This document shows, piece after piece, positions 1 through 9,037 of a stretch of 64,000 bases of DNA. The translations under genes and the position numbers were made by a program. The stretch is from Gaiellaceae bacterium (GTDB taxonomy: Bacteria; Actinomycetota; Thermoleophilia; Gaiellales; Gaiellaceae). Under the pieces are notes generated by a model, which did no database searches, was not told the DNA's origin, and saw only the letters and a program-made list of their open reading frames with translations. Numbering within the stretch: position 1 is the first letter of the stretch; the number at the start of each line of letters is the position of its first letter. The stretch spans positions 3,133-67,132 of the forward strand of contig DATBLE010000012.1 of assembly GCA_036555585.1 (NCBI GenBank), read 5' to 3'.

Positions 1-1182
1 AACGACCCGTACGACCTCGTCGAGACCGTGCTGACAGGCGAGTCGCCTCTGGCGCTCGGCGCCGTTTTCCTCGAGAAGTGTCCATGCCGCGAGCAGCTCG
101 TTGCGGGAGCCGAGGGCCTCCGCGACGGGCTCGAGGGCGGCGAGAACCACGCCGACCCTGGTTCTCGCCGCCACGGGAACGCCGGTATCGAGATCGACGA
201 GCGCCCCCTCGAGCCCATCGCGAACTGCACGCCAGCGGTTCTCGGCGATGCGGTGCGACGAGTGGACACGAAGCTCTCCCCCCGCGTCGTAACGGGCAGC
301 AAGCGAGGCGACGAGCGCCTGGCAGACTGCTGCCACAGCGGCGGCCTCCTCGATGCACGTCTGCGCATCCGGCACCCTGAACTCGAGTGTTCCGTGCAGA
401 GGATGCAACCGCAGATCCCACCAGAGAAAGCTCTGATCGGGGAAGTGGCCACCGGTCATGCCCCAGGCGACGAACTCGGCGTAGTCGGTCAATGAACGGA
501 AGGCAGGCGGAATGCCGGAACGGGGGAAAGCCTCGTTCAGTTTCAGCCGCGACGATTCGAGGCCCGAATCGCGAGCTGCTAGGTAGGGCGAGTTCGCCGT
601 CAGGGCCGCAAGCTCGGGCAGGAGCCCCCGGGCCGCGTTGTAAATCGCCAGTGCCCGATTCGCACCCTTGATGGCGACGTGGACGTGCAGCCCGCAGGGC
701 AGTCCCTCGCGCACGGCCCACGCACAGCCGGCGGCGATCCCGCGGTACCGCTCGCGATCCGTGATCTCGATCGGAAGCGTCGAGACCGGATGTACCCCCG
801 CCGCGGCGATGCGCGCAAGTCCCGCGAGCCTGTCGACAGCGAGCATGCGGGCCGCCCCCAGCTCGCGGCAGGCATCTGAGACGAGGAGGTGAGGATTCGT
901 CCGCAGCTCGAGCTGGGCACTCCGGAGCTCGTGGGTGAAGCGGTCGTCCTCGAGCCGAACCAGAGCCTCCTCGATCGCGTTCGCCGGCAGAAGCGTCGTC
1001 GGGTCGAGCAGCATCAGCTCCTCTTCGAGGCCGACCGTGAACGAAGGTCCACGCGAGAACGCACGGCGACAGCCCTCGGCGACTTCCCAGGCAGCGTCGA
1101 CCCAGGCAGGCATTGGGTCGAGGCCGTTGCCGATGCGCGCCGGCTGATCGGTTGCAGCGAGAGGCGGCGAGTAGCCGCTCAT
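1..1182 (-). CDS. Carboxylate-amine ligase, glutamate-cysteine ligase family 2 (YbdK-like); C-terminus lies beyond the window edge
   Basis: Absent from the ORF track because it is open at the edge. Own minus-strand translation from ATG 1182 (GGAGG about 9 nt upstream) gives MSGYSPPLAATDQP..FTVGLEEELMLLDP..ELRSAQLELRTNPH..GLHVHVAIKG..ANSPY..LWWDLRLHPLHGTLEFRVPDAQT. These are the hallmark GCS2/YbdK blocks. No stop occurs down to nt 1. Confidence 0.8.
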   Translation of the reverse strand, partial: MSGYSPPLAATDQPARIGNGLDPMPAWVDAAWEVAEGCRRAFSRGPSFTVGLEEELMLLDPTTLLPANAIEEALVRLEDDRFTHELRSAQLELRTNPHLLVSDACRELGAARMLAVDRLAGLARIAAAGVHPVSTLPIEITDRERYRGIAAGCAWAVREGLPCGLHVHVAIKGANRALAIYNAARGLLPELAALTANSPYLAARDSGLESSRLKLNEAFPRSGIPPAFRSLTDYAEFVAWGMTGGHFPDQSFLWWDLRLHPLHGTLEFRVPDAQTCIEEAAAVAAVCQALVASLAARYDAGGELRVHSSHRIAENRWRAVRDGLEGALVDLDTGVPVAARTRVGVVLAALEPVAEALGSRNELLAAWTLLEENGAERQRRLACQHGLDEVVRVV

Positions 1183-1502
1183 CGCAGAGCCTCCCCTCCG
1201 GCTCTGGCCGCCAGCCGACGCGCGATCGTTTGGTCGAGGGCCATCTGGACGCCCAGTACGCATGTCAGATCGCCCGTCCACGGCGTTCTCGCCATGCGTG
1301 TGTCTCTCGGGCCCTCGAGGGCGTCACCGAGAGCGCGCCGCCGGCGCTCTCGGGGGTCTGCGCAAGCCGGGCCGACGACTCCCGTCCTGGTCCGGCGTTC
1401 GCGCATCCTTCGACGGTAGGTGGCGCCCGTGAGGCGCGCCCGCTACGGCCTCTGTTCTCCGTGAAGGCTTGGTGAAGATGTACTTACGCGGAGAGAGGAG
1501 GC

Positions 1503-2195
1503 CTACGCGGGAGCGAGCTTGTATCCGATCTCGCGCACGGTGAGGATCCGCTCGGGATGTGCGGGATCGCGCTCGACCTTGCGACGAAGATTCGAGATGT
1601 GGACGTCGCATGCACGCTGATCGCCGACGTAAGGCGTCTCCCAGAGGTGCTCCATGATCTTCCGGCGTGAGAGGACGTGTTCGGGGTGCTCGCAGAGCAG
1701 GGCAAGAAGCTTGAACTCGGAAGGCGTCAGCTGGACCTGCCGGCCGTCGACGAGTACCCGGTGGCGCACGAGATCGAGCTCGAGCCCGCCGACGACGCGC
1801 GTTGCCTGGGCCGTGGCCGTAGTCCGATCGAGCTCGCGCCGTCGCAGGAGGGCGCGCACGCGACTGACGAGCTCTGCAAGCGAGAACGGCTTCGTCAGGT
1901 AGTCGTCAGCTCCGAGCTCGAGCCCGAGCACCCTGTCGACCTCGGCATCGCGGGCGGTCAGCATGATGATCGGCAGGTCGCTCTCGGCTCGCAGTGCTCT
2001 GCAGACCTCGAGTCCCGAGAGCTTCGGCATCATCACGTCCAGGACCGCGACGTCGTATCTGCTCTCCCGAGCGGCAGCGAGGGCGCGTTCCCCGTCCTCG
2101 ACGGATTCGACCTCGAACCCCTCGCGGCGGAGCGCGTAGCACACGCTCGCGCTGAGGTCGGGTTCGTCGTCCGCAAGCAGGACCCGAGCGCTCAT
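1503..2195 (-). CDS. OmpR-family response regulator (receiver + winged-helix)
   Basis: 230 aa. Receiver motifs LLADDEPDL, VLDVMMPKLSG and DDYLTKPF. C-terminal trans_reg_C (LTPSEFKLLALL..DVHISNLRRKV..TVREIGYKL). 4-nt overlap with the upstream kinase gene. Confidence 0.9.
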   Translation of the reverse strand: MSARVLLADDEPDLSASVCYALRREGFEVESVEDGERALAAARESRYDVAVLDVMMPKLSGLEVCRALRAESDLPIIMLTARDAEVDRVLGLELGADDYLTKPFSLAELVSRVRALLRRRELDRTTATAQATRVVGGLELDLVRHRVLVDGRQVQLTPSEFKLLALLCEHPEHVLSRRKIMEHLWETPYVGDQRACDVHISNLRRKVERDPAHPERILTVREIGYKLAPA

Positions 2196-3925
2196 GCTCT
2201 CTCCGTCGCGGCTGGCAGGGTCACCCGCACCACGGTACCTCGCTTGGGGGCGGAGTCGATCTCCACACCTCCCCCGAGCGCGTGCACGGCTTCACTCACG
2301 ATCGCGAGACCAAGCCCGAAACCATCACCCCGCCCGTTACCGCTCTGGTAGAAGCGGTCGAAGACCCGTTCGCGGTCGGATGCGGAGATGCCGGGCCCTG
2401 TGTCACTGACCTCGATCTGCACCGACTCGGGGCTCACCGCGTGCGCGGCGAGCACGATCGTGCCGCGCTTGGTGTGCTTCGCGGCGTTCGCGGCCAGGTT
2501 CGCGACAACCTGCTCGAGCAAGGCTCGCTGCCCGAGCGCCTCGAGTCGCTCCGGGCAGGAAACGCCGATCGAGACTCCCGTGGCGGGATGGATGCCCTCG
2601 ACGGCTTCTTCGAGGACCGGCTTGAGCGGAACGGGCCCGAGTCGGAGCGCCTCCTGTCGCGTCTGCGCTCGTGCAAGCGCGAGGAGCGCTCGTCCGAGTC
2701 GGCCGAGCCGAGCTGTCTGCCGGTCGATCACGGCCAGGAAGCGGTCGCGATCGGGCGGATGCTCCTTGGCGCCCAGCTGAAGCGCCTCCACTGCGTTGGC
2801 GATCGCTGCGAGCGGAGTCCGGAGCTCGTGAGCGGCGTTGGCGACGAACTCCCGCTCTGCGCGCTCCTGTCGCTCTCTGGCCGATATGTCGGAGAAGACG
2901 AGAAGTGCGAGAGGCGTGCCATATCTGGCGGGGATGCCCGCCAAGCCGTAGGTGTGTTCCGGGTCAGGGGAAAACCGGGCCTGGAAGATCCCGGTCCCCT
3001 GATCTGAGAGATCCCGAGCCAGCGCTCGCAGCCCGAAGCCCGGCCAAGGCTCGGGAAGAGGCGTTCCTTCGGTCAGCGGGACAGCACGGCCAAAGATTCG
3101 GCGCGCCGCCTTGTTCGCGAGGACAACGTTCAGCCTGGAGTCGACGGCGATTACACCTTCCTGCAGTTGCTCGAACAATGTGTGCAGTCGATCGCGCTCC
3201 GACTCCAGGGCGGCAAACGATTCTCGTAGGCGGCCTCGCATCCGATCGATGGTCGCGGCAAGATCACCGACCTCGTCGCTGAGAAAGCCGGCGCCGACCT
3301 CGGTGTCGAACCTACCCGCCTCGATCGCCGCGGCCGCAGAGGCAATCCGCCGCAACCTCGATGCAATCAAGACCGCGACCAGCAACCCGACCAGAGCCCC
3401 GACCACCACCGCCAGGACCGCCGCGCGCAGGAGCTCGGTGTGCAGGATCCCCGCCTCCGAGACCAGGTCATTGCGGAAGGCGACCGCAACCAGCGCCGCC
3501 GCACGCGATGAGCGAAGGTGGAGGCCGACGACGATCCGGTTGCCCGAAGCGTCGTGCTCGACGAACCGACGCCCTGTCAGGGCCCTCGCGAGCGCCTGAC
3601 GGTCGAGTGGATCGGAACCGAAGCGAACGCCCCGCGAACCGTCTTCGGTGACCGGTCGGCCCTCCTGGTCGAACACGAACAGCGAAAGGCGACGTCCCGC
3701 TGCGAGCACCTCGATGCTGCGCGAGAGGTCTCCGCGCTCGAGGGCGGCTGTGACCTCTCGCGCCGCGGCCACACTGCTTCCCGTGGCGATTTCCTCAGCA
3801 CGGTCGGAGAGAACCTGTTTCGAGCGCTGCGTCAGCACCTCAGCGACAGCGAACGCGGTCACCGCCGCGATGGCCGCGAATGCGAGCGCGAGCCACCAGC
3901 GCATGCTGACGCTGATTCGCCGCAT
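2192..3925 (-). CDS. Sensor histidine kinase (2 TM, HAMP, HisKA, HATPase_c)
   Basis: 577 aa. N-terminal TM, second TM followed by a HAMP-like segment, H-box ANAAHELRTPLAAI, ATPase G-boxes DTGPGI and GLGLAIV. Confidence 0.9.
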   Translation of the reverse strand: MRRISVSMRWWLALAFAAIAAVTAFAVAEVLTQRSKQVLSDRAEEIATGSSVAAAREVTAALERGDLSRSIEVLAAGRRLSLFVFDQEGRPVTEDGSRGVRFGSDPLDRQALARALTGRRFVEHDASGNRIVVGLHLRSSRAAALVAVAFRNDLVSEAGILHTELLRAAVLAVVVGALVGLLVAVLIASRLRRIASAAAAIEAGRFDTEVGAGFLSDEVGDLAATIDRMRGRLRESFAALESERDRLHTLFEQLQEGVIAVDSRLNVVLANKAARRIFGRAVPLTEGTPLPEPWPGFGLRALARDLSDQGTGIFQARFSPDPEHTYGLAGIPARYGTPLALLVFSDISARERQERAEREFVANAAHELRTPLAAIANAVEALQLGAKEHPPDRDRFLAVIDRQTARLGRLGRALLALARAQTRQEALRLGPVPLKPVLEEAVEGIHPATGVSIGVSCPERLEALGQRALLEQVVANLAANAAKHTKRGTIVLAAHAVSPESVQIEVSDTGPGISASDRERVFDRFYQSGNGRGDGFGLGLAIVSEAVHALGGGVEIDSAPKRGTVVRVTLPAATERA

Positions 3926-4079
3926 GGCTTCTGAAGTATCGCCATGAGGACCGGGTCGGCGCCGAGAGTGAGCACATCTTCACGCCGCCCTTACACGACG
4001 TTCAGGCGTGGGCGAGCTCGCCGGCTGCGGTCGAGCTACAGATCTCCTGATCGCGGCCCGGTGGGAGGTAGCTCGACCC

Positions 4080-5477
4080 TTACGCGGCAGCTCCGGCTTC
4101 GGGCCGGATGTTCCCGTTCACGTGGAAGACGTTGTCGGGGTCGTACTTCCCCTTGATCTGGAGGAGCCGCCGGTAATTCCCGTGGTAGGCGGCCCGAACG
4201 CGCTCCTGCGGTTCGTCCATCAAGAAGTTCACGTAGCCCGCGCCCATCGAGTGCGGATGAAGCGCCTCCCAGTACGAGACCGACCAATCCTTCACTGTTG
4301 CGGCGTTTGCCGGATCGGGGTCGATGCCTCCGATTACCCCGGACCAGACTGCGTCGCGGTGGGCAAAGGCCGTGTTCCCGGCCGGGACGTCGTGCACGGC
4401 ACCGTCCACGGGATACAGGTGCATGGTGGAGAGCGGGGTCGGGATGTCGGAGCCGTACTCGAGGTGGACCGCGATCGACTCGTCCGTGATCTGGTCGAAG
4501 AAGTCCCCGCGCCAGTACCACTGCAGCCCAGCGGGAATGAGGTCGTCGAAGAGAGCCTGGAGCACCGGGTACGGCATCGCCATCGCGAAGTGGAAGGCGG
4601 GTTCGGCCGGCTCGCGGACGGCTGCCAGGGTGTCGTCGAGTCCCTCCAGGTCGCCCGTGTAGCACCAGACGATTCCGCACATCTTCTGCCCGTGGATCGC
4701 CTCGGGAAACGGCGGGGCCGGCGGCACCACCAGCAGCGCGAAGAAGCCGTACAGATCTCTCTCTGCCCGTGGAAGAAAGTCGCGGTACCAGCGCAGCACG
4801 TCCGGGGTCTGCGCAATCGGCCAGACCGTCATACCGACACCGACGGTGTGAACCGGATGCAGCCGGTACGTGAACGAGGTGACAACCCCGAAGTTCCCAC
4901 CGCCGCCACGCAGTCCCCAGAAAAGGTCGTCGTTCAGCGACTCGCTCGCCTTCACGAAACTCCCGTCCGCGAGGACGACATCGGCTTCGAGCAGGTTGTC
5001 GATCGTGAGGCCGTACTTCCGCGTGAGGTAGCCGTGCCCACCCCCGAGCGTAAGGCCTCCCACCCCGGTGGTCGACATGATCCCCGCCGGCGTGGCCAGC
5101 CCGAAGGCGCGTGCCGCATGGTCGAGATCGCCGAGCCGGGCACCGCCCCCGACAACCGCCGTGCGCGCGTCGGGATCGACCCGGACGTCCCGCATTGCCG
5201 AGAGGTCGATCACGAGTCCGTTGTCGACCAGGCCGAGACCGCTTCCGCTATGCCCACCCCCCAGGACCGCGAGCTCGAGTCCCTCCTCGCGGCTGAAAGC
5301 CAGAGCCGCGATCACGTCCGCGACGTCGCCACAGCGGGCGACCGCCGCCGGTCGCTTGTCGATCATGCCGTTGTAGATTCCGCGCGCCTCGTCGTAGCCG
5401 GCACTTCCTGGCTGGAGGACAGGCCCCCTGAGAGCGCCTCGCAGGGCCTCGAGCGACTGCGCCGTCGACGTAACCAT
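4080..5477 (-). CDS. FAD-linked oxidoreductase with BBE-like C-terminal domain
   Basis: The 507-aa ORF is trimmed to ATG 5477, which has GAAGGAGG 7 nt upstream. FAD_binding_4 region (VLGGGHSGSG). C-terminal BBE signature YHGNYRRLLQIKGKYDPDNVFHVNGNI. Confidence 0.85.
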   Translation of the reverse strand: MVTSTAQSLEALRGALRGPVLQPGSAGYDEARGIYNGMIDKRPAAVARCGDVADVIAALAFSREEGLELAVLGGGHSGSGLGLVDNGLVIDLSAMRDVRVDPDARTAVVGGGARLGDLDHAARAFGLATPAGIMSTTGVGGLTLGGGHGYLTRKYGLTIDNLLEADVVLADGSFVKASESLNDDLFWGLRGGGGNFGVVTSFTYRLHPVHTVGVGMTVWPIAQTPDVLRWYRDFLPRAERDLYGFFALLVVPPAPPFPEAIHGQKMCGIVWCYTGDLEGLDDTLAAVREPAEPAFHFAMAMPYPVLQALFDDLIPAGLQWYWRGDFFDQITDESIAVHLEYGSDIPTPLSTMHLYPVDGAVHDVPAGNTAFAHRDAVWSGVIGGIDPDPANAATVKDWSVSYWEALHPHSMGAGYVNFLMDEPQERVRAAYHGNYRRLLQIKGKYDPDNVFHVNGNIRPEAGAAA

Positions 5478-5610
5478 CAGGGCCTCCTTCTGTGATCGAG
5501 TCCCTTGCCAGCTCCTCCGGCAAATCGGATCCCGGCGACCATCGCGCCGCTCTCGCAGGGAGGACAAGTGCTCAAGCGCTCCGCCCCACGCTTCCCGCGG
5601 CACTCTCCGG

Positions 5611-5679
5611 TGGTGGATCCATCACCCATGTGTCCTGATCGAGCGACCCCGCTCAGCACCCTGCGTGATGGATCCACCA
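5611..5679. repeat. 14-15 bp perfect inverted repeat (GGTGGATCCATCAC / GTGATGGATCCACC) with a 39-nt spacer; each arm contains the palindrome TGGATCCA
   Basis: Read directly; arms are 5612-5625 and 5665-5678. It lies in the 326-nt gap between the MarR gene (5804-6238) and the co-directional FAD-oxidase gene (start 5477). Confidence 0.7.
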
Positions 5680-5803
5680 GCGCTGCTTTCGCCTCTCCCC
5701 CGCGCCGCTCGATCAAGCAGTCAAGTCTTCCGGTGGCGTCTCAGGAGCGCGTGAAGATCGGATCAGACTTTCCTCACACTTGACTGGGTGACCCACTCAC
5801 CTC

Positions 5804-6238
5804 TCATCGACTGGCCGCCCGGAACCGCTTGTCGACGTCGCGGAACACCTCGACCAGAGCGGCCCGATCCTCGCGCAGCGCCTCGAAGACCCGAAGCAGC
5901 CGGTCTTCTCCGTCCTCGGTCAGCTCCAGCAGCCATACGCGGCCGTCCTCGGGTAACGGTCGCCGCTCGATCAGCCCAGCTTCCTCCGCTCGCTTGACCA
6001 GCTCGGTCACGGCCGTCTGTTGCAACTGCAGCGGTTCGCAGAGCTGGCTCATACGAACCGCACCGTGCCGACGCCGGTGCGACCGGATCATCAGCAGCAG
6101 GTCATAGCGCTGCGGCGTCAACCCCGCCTGACCGGCGACGGCGTCGGTCCGGCGAACGAAGCGCCTCAAGGCCGTTCGGAACGCCGCCGCCCGCGCCAGC
6201 TCGTCCTCTCTCGCGGCAGTGCTGCGCAACCGCTCCAC
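5804..6238 (-). CDS. MarR-family transcriptional regulator
   Basis: C-terminal 144 aa of the 279-aa ORF carry a MarR wHTH (LTPQRYDLLLMIRS..MSQLCEPLQLQQTAVTELVKRAEEAGLIERRPLPEDGRVWLLELTEDG). Start assumed at GTG 6238; the upstream extension looks non-coding. Confidence 0.8.
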   Translation of the reverse strand: MERLRSTAAREDELARAAAFRTALRRFVRRTDAVAGQAGLTPQRYDLLLMIRSHRRRHGAVRMSQLCEPLQLQQTAVTELVKRAEEAGLIERRPLPEDGRVWLLELTEDGEDRLLRVFEALREDRAALVEVFRDVDKRFRAASR

Positions 6239-6546
6239 TAGGGCGATCTTGTACCACGCTCTCCCCGGTCCCCGTCTGCCGGCGTTGCTTCTCCGCGAGC
6301 TGTATAGTTCATGATGTGGAGTAAAGTAGTTCGAGGTGAGGCCACGCCGACGCACGCAAGCTGGGAGGGCAACGCCGCGGCCGCCCGAGCGCGAACCTTG
6401 CAGGACGCCTACGCGCCCTGCTGCGCCTGCCGCGGGATTCTGCGCGACGTGCTCCGGCGGCCCGACGTGATCGGGGTGCTCCGTCGCGACATCGCCTCGG
6501 AAATGGCACCGGAACAGACACGATGGCGGGCGGAGGAGGCTCTCCG

Positions 6547-7032
6547 ATGATGCGGAGAACGTCGGTACCGGCGCTCGTCCTGGCTGCATTGATCGCCACG
6601 GTCGCGCTCGGCGCCGGGACGGCGAGCGGTCACACCACGTCACGGCCAGGAGCGCGAACGGTGGTCATCTCGACCCGCCTGGTGCCCAAGCTCGGCGTCG
6701 TGCTCGTCGACAGCCGGCGTCGCACGCTCTACATGTTCGTCCCGGACAAGCGCAAGCGCGTCACCTGCGTCCGAGTCTGCGCAGCCGTCTGGCCGCCAGT
6801 GAAGCTGGCGAAGGGCGCCAAGCTCGTCGCGAGGGCCGGGGCGAAGGTGTCTCTGCTCGGCAGCGATCCGGATCCGGCAGGGGGCCGCGTCGTCACGTAC
6901 AACCGATGGCCGCTCTATACGTACGTCGCCGACAGAGCACCGGGCCAGGCAAAGGGACAGGCGCTCGACCTCAACGGGGGCTTGTGGTACGTGGTTTCTC
7001 CCTCGGGCAGGGTGATCCGCCGGAAGACATGA
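6547..7032 (+). CDS. Secreted protein/lipoprotein of the COG4315 (Yx[FWY]xxD repeat) family
   Basis: ATG 6547 preceded by GGAGGAGG. Signal peptide MMRRTSVPALVLAALIATVALGAG. Repeats TLYMFVPD and PLYTYVAD are typical of this family. Confidence 0.75.
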   Translation: MMRRTSVPALVLAALIATVALGAGTASGHTTSRPGARTVVISTRLVPKLGVVLVDSRRRTLYMFVPDKRKRVTCVRVCAAVWPPVKLAKGAKLVARAGAKVSLLGSDPDPAGGRVVTYNRWPLYTYVADRAPGQAKGQALDLNGGLWYVVSPSGRVIRRKT

Positions 7033-7057
7033 GCCCTTCGCGCGGGTCGGTCTCCTT

Positions 7058-8200
7058 TCAGGCCGGCGTGGCTGCCTCGGCGGCCTCCAGCAGCTGCTCG
7101 TAGAGTGTCAGCAGCCGATTGGCGATCGAAGGCCAGCTGTAGGCGGCCTCCGCGAGCCGGCGTGAGGCGGCCGCGCACCGTCGCCGACCCGGCTCGTCCT
7201 GGAGGAGCGCCACGACCGCGTCCTCGAGTCGTCGCTCGTCGCCGGGAGGGACGAGCAGGCCGCACCGGTCTGCGACGAGTTGCCGATAGCCGTCGATGTC
7301 GGATGCCACAACCGGTGTTGCTGCGGCGAACGCGCGAGTGAGCACCATCCCGAAGCTCTCCCGGCCGAGGGACGGGGCAACGAGCAGCTTCGCGTGGGCG
7401 AGCTCCCGGTCGAGGTCGGAACTGCCGAGGACGCCTAGAACGTCGATACTCTCCTCCGCTCCCCGTTCGCGCCCGAGTAGACGACGGACCGCGAGTGGGT
7501 CCGCCCCGACGATCCTCAGCCGGGCCCCGGTGCGCCGGTGAACATCCGGCCACGCGCGGAGCAGCACGCGCAGACCCTTGCGCGGCTCGTGGCGGCCGAC
7601 GAAGACCACGTGCTGCGCGCGCCTGTCGATCGAGACCGGATCGGGCAGGCGAACCCCGTTGGGGATCAGCAGATAGTCCCCCGGGGCATACCCGTGCGCC
7701 GTTCTCGCCGCGGCCTCGGAGACAGCGATCCGGGCATCGATCCGGTCCAGCAGAAAACCCCAGAAGGCAGTGCCGAGCACACGCCAACGCGAAGGGCCTG
7801 CGGCGTGGAAGGTCGCCACGATCGGGCAGGTCGCCGACGCGAGCGCGGCCACGCCGATCACCGGCGTCAGCGGCTCGTGGACGTGCAGGAGGTCGAATCG
7901 CTCGCGTGCCAGGACACGCCGCAGCCGCCGGACGGCCGAGGGGCTGAGAACGATGTTCGCGAGCGAACGGTTCGCGGGCGTGATCACCGACCGGCCGAGC
8001 GGGAGAACATCAGCAAGTGGCGGCTGGAACCTGCCCGCGGTCGGGTGAAGGAGGCGTGAGAGACGCCCCGGGGGGTCGTGCCCGACGAGGAGTCGCGTTG
8101 TCACCCCGAGCTCTGCCAGTGCCCGCGTCTGCCCTTCGGCGTGCTCGACCACGCCGCCCCAGAACGAGTAGCTGTAAGGAACGACGATGCCGACCTTCAC
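7058..8200 (-). CDS. Family 4 glycosyltransferase (PimA-like)
   Basis: 380 aa. N-terminal MKVGIVVPYSYSFWGGVVEH and the GT4 E-x7-E region PSLGRESFGMVLTRAFAAATPVVASD. Confidence 0.85.
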   Translation of the reverse strand: MKVGIVVPYSYSFWGGVVEHAEGQTRALAELGVTTRLLVGHDPPGRLSRLLHPTAGRFQPPLADVLPLGRSVITPANRSLANIVLSPSAVRRLRRVLARERFDLLHVHEPLTPVIGVAALASATCPIVATFHAAGPSRWRVLGTAFWGFLLDRIDARIAVSEAAARTAHGYAPGDYLLIPNGVRLPDPVSIDRRAQHVVFVGRHEPRKGLRVLLRAWPDVHRRTGARLRIVGADPLAVRRLLGRERGAEESIDVLGVLGSSDLDRELAHAKLLVAPSLGRESFGMVLTRAFAAATPVVASDIDGYRQLVADRCGLLVPPGDERRLEDAVVALLQDEPGRRRCAAASRRLAEAAYSWPSIANRLLTLYEQLLEAAEAATPA

Positions 8201-8233
8201 GCGACTGCCCCGCTACGCCCCACGGCGTACACC

Positions 8234-9037
8234 ATGACATGGTGTAATAGCAGCTGGTTGGCACGCGGAGGTGCACGCTTCGGCCGGCGACGCTGGTGGA
8301 TCGCCTTGGCCGGTACTGCCGCCGTTGCGGCGGTTGCACTCGGTGCTGCGCTCGCCGTCACCGGCGGATCGGCACGGCTACCGTTCCTCACGGGAGTCAG
8401 CGTCGACCGGCCCGTCCCGGCGCTGCCGCTCAAGGACGAGCGTGGCCGGCAGACGTCGCTTTCAGCCTTCCACGGGCGGATCGTCGTCTTGACGCCGTTT
8501 CTGACGCTGTGCCACGAGGTCTGCCCCTTGACAACCGGCGCGTTCCAGACGATCCAGCGCGACCTCGACCGAGCCGGGCTCGCAGACAAGGTCGTCCTCG
8601 CGGAGGTGAGTGTCGATCCATGGCGCGACACGCCTTCGCGCCTTCGCGCCTTCGCCCGCTTCACGGGGACGCGTTTTCCGCTCCTCACCGGCAGCGCTGC
8701 CCAGCTCGCCCGCTTCTGGCGGTTCTTCGGCGTCGACTACCGGCGCACCGGGGAAGGTACGCCGCCCGACTCCGACTGGCTGACCGGCGAGCCGCTCACC
8801 TTCGACGTCAGCCACACGGACGGCCTCTTTCTGATTGACCGCACGGGGCAGGAGCGGGTGGTCGACGTCGGCATGCCGCACGTCGGCACATCGCTCCCCC
8901 GTGTGCTGGGCGGGCTGCTCAATCCGGAGGGACGGACCGACCTCGCCCACCCCGAGCCGGGCTGGACCGTCACGCAGGCGCTCGACGACGTCGAACGCCT
9001 CCTCGGCCGCCCGATCCCGACCCCACCGGGCCGATGA
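8234..9037 (+). CDS. SCO1/SenC-family thioredoxin-like copper chaperone, membrane anchored
   Basis: In-frame ATG 8234. TM segment (WWIALAGTAAVAAVALGAALAV). CxxxC motif in FLTLCHEVCPLTTG; thioredoxin-like fold context. Confidence 0.8.
   Translation: MTWCNSSWLARGGARFGRRRWWIALAGTAAVAAVALGAALAVTGGSARLPFLTGVSVDRPVPALPLKDERGRQTSLSAFHGRIVVLTPFLTLCHEVCPLTTGAFQTIQRDLDRAGLADKVVLAEVSVDPWRDTPSRLRAFARFTGTRFPLLTGSAAQLARFWRFFGVDYRRTGEGTPPDSDWLTGEPLTFDVSHTDGLFLIDRTGQERVVDVGMPHVGTSLPRVLGGLLNPEGRTDLAHPEPGWTVTQALDDVERLLGRPIPTPPGR

Noticed and set aside
1179-1406. 75-aa minus ORF overlapping the YbdK-like start by ATGA.
   Set aside because: It has many A/T-ending codons (low GC3 for this genome), a highly Arg-rich product and no recognisable family. 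It probably lies within the promoter/leader region of the ligase gene.
6305-6332. Direct repeat TAGTTC..(16 nt)..TAGTTC in the AT-richer patch upstream of the first MarR gene.
   Set aside because: Hexamer repeats are too short to be meaningful. It is probably just the promoter region.
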